In this document: positions 51,594 to 58,661 of the stretch, piece after piece
How positions within the stretch are numbered: the stretch's first letter is position 1
How the letters are laid out: every line of letters begins with the position of its first letter
Source of the DNA: an uncultured virus (IMG/VR IMGVR_UViG_3300042861_002374)
Lineage: Varidnaviria > Bamfordvirae
DNA: 58,661 bases
IMG/VR virus record: IMGVR_UViG_3300042861_002374
Strand: one strand, 5' to 3'
Notes under the pieces: generated by a model
What the model was told of the DNA's origin: nothing
The model's database searches: none
The model's input: only the letters and a program-made list of their open reading frames with translations
Program-made: the position numbers and the translations under genes

Positions 51594-52328
51594 TCATTCA
51601 TACCACAAATGCTGAAGAACAAATAGCCATGTATTGTCATCATCATTATCAAGGTACCATTTTCCATATATAAAACTGATAGACTGACGACATAATGGAC
51701 AAGAAACCTGTAAAGATAATAATTCAATAGTACATTGGGTGCAAGTTACATGTGATGTGTGACAAGGCCATACAAGAACATCTTTTTTTTCTAGACAGAT
51801 TACACATTGTGTTTTATCATCCGCATATAAGAAAGATGGAGGAATTACGAGACGATATATTGTTTCTATGTCGTCAAACATAAATTCTCTTAATATTGTA
51901 ACTCTTGGTCTTCGATTGCATTCTATTATAATCTCACTATTTTTTATAGAATCTGTTAAATGAAAACCTTTAATAAAAGACTTGCCATATCTAAAAAACC
52001 CTTTACGAGATACAGCGTTAATGTTCAAAATTAAATCTACAAGCTGAGGAACAAGTACATCAACATAGCTAAACATTTGTAAATACATGTCATATACCAA
52101 CTTTTCCCAAAATACGTCAATTATAGGTGTATCTAAATCTGAATTTACTTTTGCGAAAATTTTAGGAAACATTTGGTATATTCTGAGTACTTCGTCTTTT
52201 GAGGCTTTATTGATATCAATTTCTGGTAAAAGCGGTCGATTGTTTGTATGTTCTATCAGAGTCTGAACCAAAGCTAAGCAACGTTGCTTGAGTTTACTTC
52301 CGTTTCGTATTCTTTTGCGACATTCCAT
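51594..52328 (-). CDS. RING-finger protein, RING paralogous to 49336-49848
   Basis: CVIC...WPCHTSHVTCTQC...CPLCR. Confidence 0.9.
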   Translation of the reverse strand: MECRKRIRNGSKLKQRCLALVQTLIEHTNNRPLLPEIDINKASKDEVLRIYQMFPKIFAKVNSDLDTPIIDVFWEKLVYDMYLQMFSYVDVLVPQLVDLILNINAVSRKGFFRYGKSFIKGFHLTDSIKNSEIIIECNRRPRVTILREFMFDDIETIYRLVIPPSFLYADDKTQCVICLEKKDVLVWPCHTSHVTCTQCTIELLSLQVSCPLCRQSISFIYGKWYLDNDDDNTWLFVLQHLWYE

Positions 52329-52376
52329 CGAATATCGGATAAAATAGCCAAATGAGTTGTATTAGTTTATTTTTAT

Positions 52377-52946
52377 TTATATTTCCATTTCAACATAAGA
52401 ATTAGCATCAAGTTCAAATTGAAAATCTGCTGGATAAATTTTTTCTATTTTAGATTTATCTTCATCGCAATATAAGATAAACCTAAAACTATTTTGTAAT
52501 CCAATTGTTGCCAATGTAGGTGCAAACCATATAGCAGTTATTTTATATATTTTATTTTTTACAATACACATATCATTTCTTCTTAATTCAGATGCTTTAA
52601 TTGTTTCTTTTTTCAAAACAACATTTTGATTTACTTTTTCCATATATGGTTTATGTGTTAAAATTAAACTACCATTATCACAAGTATCATCAGGTGTAAT
52701 AATAACATAATCATCATCTTCCTCAAATACTTCTTCTTTGTATTCGTTTATAGATAAACCATCATAATATTCACCAATAGGATATCTTATTTTCATTTGA
52801 AATGGTTGTTTTTTATGAACGTGTTTGAATATGTAAAATGTTTCAGTTTCTATTTTTAACATTTTTTTTGCTTCTGTTAATGTTGTAAAACCTCCAACCC
52901 ATCCATAATGATTTGATTCACTTAATACAATATATTTTATTGGCAT
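52377..52946 (-). CDS. Hypothetical protein
   Basis: 189-aa ORF with AAAATTGA 35 nt upstream. Confidence 0.7.
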   Translation of the reverse strand: MPIKYIVLSESNHYGWVGGFTTLTEAKKMLKIETETFYIFKHVHKKQPFQMKIRYPIGEYYDGLSINEYKEEVFEEDDDYVIITPDDTCDNGSLILTHKPYMEKVNQNVVLKKETIKASELRRNDMCIVKNKIYKITAIWFAPTLATIGLQNSFRFILYCDEDKSKIEKIYPADFQFELDANSYVEMEI

Positions 52947-52999
52947 ATTTTATTATTATAATTATTTAGATTTAAAATAAATCAATTTTTTAAATTATT

Positions 53000-53806
53000 T
53001 TAACTTCCAATACATTCAATTACACAAAAAACTTCTTTGAATTCAATAATAAAGTTAAAACAATTACTATTTCCCATTTTTATTCCACGTATAAAATTGT
53101 TTTTGTTTATAAAAGAAGGTATAGGATAGTGATAACAACAATCTATTATTTTTAAATTTTGTGGTAACATAGGTAAAGAACTTAATTGATTATTAGAACA
53201 ATATAAAATTTGTAGATTTTGCGGTAAAGTTGGTAACAAAGTTAATTGATTATTAGAACAATACAAAATTTGTAGATTTTGCGGTAAAGTAGGCAACAAA
53301 GTTAATTTATTACTACAACAATATAATTTTTGTAGTTTTTGCGGTAAAGTAGGTAATAAAGTTAATTGATTATAAGAACAATATAATTTTTCTATATTTT
53401 GCGGTAAAGTAGGTAATAAAGTTAATTGATTATCAGAACAATACAATATTTGTAGATTTTGCGGTAAAGTAGGTAATAAAGTTAATTGATTATTAGTACA
53501 ATTTAATATTTCTAGATTTTGCGGTAAAGTTGGCAAATAAGTTAATTTATTATCAGAACAATTTAATATTGTTAGATTTTGCGGTAAAGTAGGCAAAGAA
53601 GTTAATTCATTATAAGAACAATGTAAATTTTTTAGATTTTGCGGTAAAGTTGGCAAATAAGTTAATTTATTATCAGAACAATTTAATATTGTTAGATTTT
53701 TAAATCTGGTTAAATCTGGCAAAGAAGTAAGACCCTTACAACTAATATCAATGGTTAATATATCTTCAGGTAAAGAATTCAAATATGTTTTAATAGCGGT
53801 TGTCAT
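53000..53806 (-). CDS. 20-residue bacterial-type (IpaH/YopM-like) LRR protein
   Basis: About 9 near-identical 60-bp repeats encoding LPTLPQNLxxLxCSxNxLT. Confidence 0.92.
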   Translation of the reverse strand: MTTAIKTYLNSLPEDILTIDISCKGLTSLPDLTRFKNLTILNCSDNKLTYLPTLPQNLKNLHCSYNELTSLPTLPQNLTILNCSDNKLTYLPTLPQNLEILNCTNNQLTLLPTLPQNLQILYCSDNQLTLLPTLPQNIEKLYCSYNQLTLLPTLPQKLQKLYCCSNKLTLLPTLPQNLQILYCSNNQLTLLPTLPQNLQILYCSNNQLSSLPMLPQNLKIIDCCYHYPIPSFINKNNFIRGIKMGNSNCFNFIIEFKEVFCVIECIGS

Positions 53807-53907
53807 TTTAATATGTATTTAGTAGTTTAATTTTATATACTTTAAAAAAAAATTGATTTAAATTTATTATAAAAGTATATAAGTATATAAGCATATAATA
53901 AATTAAA

Positions 53908-54270
53908 ATGGAAATACCAACTATTTACGCAGAAGAGCATTTATCTGAACCTTGGTTTACTCTTATATCACTTGGATTAAAAACTTGTGAAGGACGATTG
54001 CATAAACACAGATTTTTGCAATACAAAATAGGTGATATTATTAAATGGTGGAATAATGATTTTGACAAAGGAAGAGTTTGTTTTACAAAAATTATTAATG
54101 TTAATTTATATAAAACATTTGAAGAATATTTAATTGACAAAGGATTAAAAAATTGTTTACCAGGTATGCCAAATTTAGAACATGGATTAGATGTATATTT
54201 ACATTATTTTGGAAAAGAAGATGAAACAAAATATGGTGTTGTATCGTTTGAATTAGAAATAATTAATTAA
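53908..54270 (+). CDS. ASCH (PUA-like) domain protein
   Basis: EPWF..I..GLKTCEGR, GD, Y.TFEEYL, YGVV. Confidence 0.9.
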   Translation: MEIPTIYAEEHLSEPWFTLISLGLKTCEGRLHKHRFLQYKIGDIIKWWNNDFDKGRVCFTKIINVNLYKTFEEYLIDKGLKNCLPGMPNLEHGLDVYLHYFGKEDETKYGVVSFELEIIN

Positions 54271-54275
54271 TAAAT

Positions 54276-54542
54276 TTATATGTCGCGTGTTATATTATCA
54301 AGAAATATTAATAATTTATTTAAATTTTCAGTTTTTATAACATTATCATGATAAATGTCACAAATACAAGGATGATATAAATGTAAAAAGTCATAAGATA
54401 AAATTTGGTAAAACAACTTAATATTATAATAAGTATCGTTTTCATCGTGAAACTCTGTAGGCATTTTTTTTCGTAATAAATTAAAAATATGTTTAGTGTC
54501 TTCATTATCATTTAAAATAATAAATATTCCATATAACTTCAT
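54276..54542 (-). CDS. Hypothetical protein, possibly a fragment
   Basis: 88-aa ORF abutting the TnpB relic. Confidence 0.4.
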   Translation of the reverse strand: MKLYGIFIILNDNEDTKHIFNLLRKKMPTEFHDENDTYYNIKLFYQILSYDFLHLYHPCICDIYHDNVIKTENLNKLLIFLDNITRDI

Positions 54543-54551
54543 ATGATATAA

Positions 54552-54719
54552 ATCAACATTAGTGAAGAATATACTTCTAAGACATGCACGAGGTGTGGAT
54601 TACTAACAGATGTTGGTTCTTCAGAAGTATATAAGTGTTCTAGTTGCAATCTGGTAATTGATCGAGACATAAATGGCGCAAGAAACATTTTTATCAAGTG
54701 TATAGATGAAATGTTATAA
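54552..54719 (+). pseudogene. tnpB: C-terminal relic of a TnpB/Fanzor RNA-guided nuclease
   Basis: EEYTSKTCTRCG...YKCSSCNLVIDRDINGARNI (zinc ribbon + RuvC-III); no start codon, upstream in-frame TAA. Confidence 0.93.
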
Positions 54720-54728
54720 TTTTATATT

Positions 54729-54825
54729 TCCATGGAGCTACACATGGGTTAAGAGCTCTTTCGAGAGTTGGATTTCATACTAATTTGTATGAATCTAGTA
54801 GCGGATCTATCGAAGAAATGCAAGA
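54729..54825 (+). ncRNA. Putative omega-RNA scaffold / element right end, plus guide
   Basis: Three hairpins directly after tnpB; loop GCTAC (54737-41) complementary to GTAGC (54798-802); ends in GG. Confidence 0.72.
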
Positions 54826-55036
54826 ATTCTGGTTGTATATGACAACAGAATATGAATTTGATCAACCAATTGATTTTCCCTGGATTATTCAAAAAATATT
54901 TATTCATTCATGTCTTCATGGTAAGAAAGATATTGCAGAATGGTTGAGATTGATATTTGATGAAATGGATGAAATTTCTAAAATTGCATACAAACACAGT
55001 ATTCATTATGGTAATGTTTTACTTCGAAAAAAGTAG
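54803..55036 (+). pseudogene. 3' part of a gene interrupted by the TnpB element
   Basis: GSIEEMQEFW...IFIHSCLHGKKDIAEWL; the listed start (TTG at 54785) lies inside the RNA hairpin. Confidence 0.6.
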
Positions 55037-55093
55037 AAGTTTATTATTTTGAAAATGTTCATTTTTTGCGGATTTCCTCCGGTTTTTAAAACT

Positions 55094-56471
55094 TGGAGGA
55101 GGAGGAAAAAAAGATAATCCAAAGGAAATTTTTTAAGAATTTTTCAAATTATTTAGAAAACAAAAGTTTTTTCCTCCTCCTCCACCTAACTTTTCATTTT
55201 CTTGCAAAAATGATTTTGGCGTTCGGAAGAAAAAAAGTATAAAAATAGTACTTTTCCAAATGGATTTCATTTCCACACACACACATTTCAAAAAAATTGA
55301 AAAAATAAATTTAATCAGAGAATTGTGACTATTTTTATTTTTTTGCTACTATTTCCAGCATTTTCCGGCATTTTAAAATTAGTCGTAAAAAACTATATTT
55401 TATACAAAGAAAAATGATTTTATTATTTAAAAACAAATGATAAAAAATGAAAAGCAAATGGAAAAATGTCAGTTTTGTAATAATATGTTTGGAAATACTC
55501 AAATGCTTAGACAGCATCAGAAAAAAACAAAGTATTGTCTTAAAATACAAGAAGCTAAAGCTAAAGAAGATATAGAAGTTAAACAGAAAAAAGATGCAGA
55601 AGAATTAGCTTTAAAAGAAAAACAAAGAGAATTAACTTGTAAATTTTGCGGTAAGGAATTCAAGACCAAATATCTGTTAAATAAACACCAAACACAAGCT
55701 AAATACTGTTTGTTGTTGCAAGAATCTCAAAATTCTGAAACAATTATAACATCTTTTGTTACTTGTACATTCTGCAATAAGAACTTTTCATCTTCAACTT
55801 TTAATAGACATGATTCAACATGTAAGAAAAAAAATCAATTTCTTCTTAATCAAAAAGATCAAGAAATTGCTATGATGAAAATTAAAGCAGAAATTGGCTC
55901 AATATATAAAGAATCTGCTGAACGTGCCCAAGCTACAATAGAAGAGATAGCAAAACAACCTACTTATCAGAAAAATAGCACGCGAAACATTCAAAATAAT
56001 CTCATGATATCAAATCTTACTCCTCTTGATTTATCTCAGGCTCGTGTAGACAGTATAATAGATGAAAGATATACAAAAAATGATTTTTATGAAGGTCAAA
56101 AAGGCGCAGCTCATCTTGTACATAAATACATTGCTACAGATTCTAACGGTAATCCTCAAATAGTTTGCACAGATACCGAAAGAGGTATATTTCATCACAA
56201 ATCAGCTATTGGTGATCATGTTGTTGATTATAAGAATGTTTATTTGATCAAGAAAGTACATTCTCCTCTTAAAAGAAAAGCTGGAGCGTTTGCAGCAGAA
56301 GAGTCAGTAAAAAATCCAACTGCTTTAAAGGAAATCATTAATAACATGACTTCTATTAAAGATCTAGAAATCAAACCTTGTTTGTTCAATAGAACATTAG
56401 CACAACTTACTGGAAAAAATTGTGCAAAACAAATAGATACAGAATCTTTTGCAGCTGAAGAAGATATATAA
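55094..56471 (+). mobile_element. Putative MIGE-like element, copy C
   Basis: 18-bp perfect inverted repeat 55094-55111/55167-55184, shared leader motifs, paralogous zinc-finger ORF. Confidence 0.55.
55437..56471 (+). CDS. Zinc-finger protein paralogous to 8557-10077, lacking its extra C-terminal domain
   Basis: Shared NTQMLRQHQKKTKYCLKIQ, AERAQATIEEIAK, NLTPLDLSQ, QIVCTD, AQLTGKNCA. Confidence 0.9.
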   Translation: MIKNEKQMEKCQFCNNMFGNTQMLRQHQKKTKYCLKIQEAKAKEDIEVKQKKDAEELALKEKQRELTCKFCGKEFKTKYLLNKHQTQAKYCLLLQESQNSETIITSFVTCTFCNKNFSSSTFNRHDSTCKKKNQFLLNQKDQEIAMMKIKAEIGSIYKESAERAQATIEEIAKQPTYQKNSTRNIQNNLMISNLTPLDLSQARVDSIIDERYTKNDFYEGQKGAAHLVHKYIATDSNGNPQIVCTDTERGIFHHKSAIGDHVVDYKNVYLIKKVHSPLKRKAGAFAAEESVKNPTALKEIINNMTSIKDLEIKPCLFNRTLAQLTGKNCAKQIDTESFAAEEDI

Positions 56472-56543
56472 ATATCGTCTTTTATTAATCTTCAAAATAA
56501 TTAAAATTGATTTTTATTAGATTTTATTCTTATAATTTTCAAA

Positions 56544-58661
56544 ATGGTTTCTACCGCATCTTCGATTTTTAAGAATATGTTGGAAAGTATCAGTATTACT
56601 CCTTCTAAGGAGCAAAGACAACAAATATACCAACAAAGTATTAAAGCACGTGAACAAAGTTTAGCATATTCTGATCCTAACGATCCAAAGGATCTTTTGT
56701 CAAAAATTGACTGCAAAAATCCTAGGTTCACTGATACTATCTTTGCAACTCGTTTGGATTTGGCTTTTTTCAAAGATGAAAAGTACGCAGTCTTTATTAC
56801 TCGAGATCCTATTTTTGTTGGTGGGTCAATGGGTGTTAATTGCGTTCCAGTAAAACCAGTTTCTATTAATCTTTTTGATACAGATGAAAAAACAACTGAG
56901 GCTCGTCTTCGTGACTTTATTGAATGGCGTAATGAAAATAAACTTAATATTCTCAAGGCATATATGCACTGTCTTGAACAGTTTATGGACACTGAGGAGA
57001 AAAATATTGTCACCCAAGACGGCATTGTCCGCCTTCCAGAAGGTGTCTATTTTGACCTGCAAGGGTTACAAATTTTCATGAATAACGAAGGGGAGCTTTT
57101 AATCCAAGGTGCCCAGACAGATTTTACAAAACCCATTTTCTTAAGCAGTAAAAAGAGCATTGTCTTGCACAGTGTTGAAGCAAGTTTCTTGAAATTAACC
57201 GCTCCTTCTGTAGTGGGTGTTGGCAAATCATCCATCGATTTTTTGGCCCTGGAAGGGTTAATGAGTGCTGAAGGTGAAGAAGTCGCAGCTACCTATATCA
57301 ACACCGGTTCTTTATCTGCCAAAGAAGTCTTTTTAAAAAACTTAATTTTAACCAACACGGGCACTTTAACAACTGATGGTTTCGAAGCCGAAGGGGGCAT
57401 CTTTAGAAATACCGGTACTTTAGCCATGAGTGCAGATGCTCAATCCGGAAACCGCGCATTCACAGGAACCACGGTTATTAATGATGGCAACATTGAAGGA
57501 CTGCACTATAACATTGCTGGTTCATCGTTCACACAAAATGGCCGGCTAAAAGGCAGAGTTTTAAGTGTTGGCAAAGACACCAGCTTTACAACTGGTGCAC
57601 ATCAAGAACTAACGTTATCCGAACATCTAGACTCAGCTTCCACAACACGCTGGAAACTAACTGGTACGGTAAACGTTCATGAATTTAACCATTTAGGTGC
57701 TATTGATTTAGAAGGCACCCTTAACACCACCAACTTTACAGGCCACGGTACTGTCCAACCTACAGGTACGTTCACAAGCGAACGCTCACATTTTACTGAT
57801 GCTTTTATCAATTTGGGGCAAGTAAGCACGCACGTTTTAGATGCTGACGCCGCCCTCACCACCAATGGATTAATGCGCGTAAGCAGTGCAGCTGAGATTA
57901 GAGGAAAATTCAAAGTCGGGGCCAAAGGACGTTTTGAAGGCATTGAAGATGAATCCCTTTCTCTAACTTGCCACGATGCATCAATCATTGCCGGCAAGGT
58001 TGATGTTGATAGCTTAAGCACCGCTAAAGCAATAAGCGTTAAAGGCAAGGGTAAATTAATAGCAAGGCAATTTGCCACCCTAGCTGGTCAACTTACCATT
58101 CAACCAAAATCTGTAGTGTCGTTTAAGGGATTAAAAGCCAATGGTGCATTCATAGAAAACCACGGGACATTAACCGTTGAAGGTATTGAAACCGGGGCAG
58201 CGGGTCTTACCCTAACCAACGCAGGTACTGCTCATATTGATGCAGAACAAGTATTGCCAAGAGCAAGCGAGGATGACCCTGAAAATACTGCACGGGTTGC
58301 TGCAATTTTACCTATTGATGCTGAATTCATTGTTAGAGGAGAAGAAGCAAGAACTGACGCAATAGAAGATAGAGCGTTGTTAGCGTATCAACAAATTCAA
58401 CGCATTCCTGTGAACCCGATCATTACTCCATGGAACGCTAGTGTTTTTTACAGTTCTTCGGTTTCAAAGGCTGTTGAACAAGCATTTGAAGACATTGTCG
58501 TTTCTGGTACGGGTGCTGCAATGCGTGCTTCTCTTTTCTCAGGTATTACAGAATTGCAGAGAAGAAAAGATGCTGGAGATTTAGTTGCAAAAAGCTTTTT
58601 ATCAAAAGGGGTTCCATTTACCAATAGAGATTTAATGCAATTAATTGGACAGTACAACAAT
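56544..58661 (+). CDS. Long ORF (at least 706 aa, runs off right edge; absent from ORF track): unknown N-terminus plus filamentous-haemagglutinin-like region
   Basis: Open from ATG 56544 to the last base; repeats INTGSL, TNTGTL, RNTGTL, INDGNI, ENHGTL, TNAGTA. Confidence 0.8.
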   Translation, partial: MVSTASSIFKNMLESISITPSKEQRQQIYQQSIKAREQSLAYSDPNDPKDLLSKIDCKNPRFTDTIFATRLDLAFFKDEKYAVFITRDPIFVGGSMGVNCVPVKPVSINLFDTDEKTTEARLRDFIEWRNENKLNILKAYMHCLEQFMDTEEKNIVTQDGIVRLPEGVYFDLQGLQIFMNNEGELLIQGAQTDFTKPIFLSSKKSIVLHSVEASFLKLTAPSVVGVGKSSIDFLALEGLMSAEGEEVAATYINTGSLSAKEVFLKNLILTNTGTLTTDGFEAEGGIFRNTGTLAMSADAQSGNRAFTGTTVINDGNIEGLHYNIAGSSFTQNGRLKGRVLSVGKDTSFTTGAHQELTLSEHLDSASTTRWKLTGTVNVHEFNHLGAIDLEGTLNTTNFTGHGTVQPTGTFTSERSHFTDAFINLGQVSTHVLDADAALTTNGLMRVSSAAEIRGKFKVGAKGRFEGIEDESLSLTCHDASIIAGKVDVDSLSTAKAISVKGKGKLIARQFATLAGQLTIQPKSVVSFKGLKANGAFIENHGTLTVEGIETGAAGLTLTNAGTAHIDAEQVLPRASEDDPENTARVAAILPIDAEFIVRGEEARTDAIEDRALLAYQQIQRIPVNPIITPWNASVFYSSSVSKAVEQAFEDIVVSGTGAAMRASLFSGITELQRRKDAGDLVAKSFLSKGVPFTNRDLMQLIGQYNN

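Noticed and set aside
53100..53700. Diversity-generating retroelement template/variable repeats
   Set aside because: No reverse transcriptase in the window; the repeats are coding and tandem, with no adenine-specific pattern seen
56501..58660. Minus-strand ORFs listed at the right end
   Set aside because: Antisense shadows of the long plus-strand ORF starting at 56544
1..58661. tRNA or rRNA genes
   Set aside because: No cloverleaf or rRNA-like segment recognised by eye; a tRNAscan-SE run would be needed to exclude them

Overview
AT-rich (about 27% GC by eye), gene-dense, intron-free segment of a giant DNA virus (Nucleocytoviricota, most like Pimascovirales: marseille-, irido- or pitho-like). 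Core markers are the A32 packaging ATPase, PCNA, early transcription factor large subunit and type II topoisomerase, plus a recurrent AAAATTGA-type promoter 32-35 nt upstream of many ATGs and AT-rich intergenic hairpins. Accessory content: a large glycosylation region (23.8-40.1 kb, plus GT32 and a LicD-GT25 fusion), a membrane-anchored TSP1-GH55 beta-1,3-glucanase, a collagen/YadA-like fibre and a cluster of eukaryote-like domains (LRR, RING, TCP11, and WW and MYND microproteins missed by the ORF track). Most notable: (1) a TnpB/Fanzor C-terminal relic followed by an apparently intact pseudoknotted omega-RNA whose guide reads into the gene it disrupted; (2) a dispersed element made of a structured palindromic leader plus a zinc-finger ORF, in two ORF-bearing copies and one ORF-less copy; (3) a free-standing intein/LAGLIDADG gene with no exteins; (4) a final ORF that fuses a virus-like N-terminus in frame to a higher-GC, bacterial haemagglutinin-like region (HGT or assembly chimera). 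All calls come from motif recognition by eye; no searches were run.
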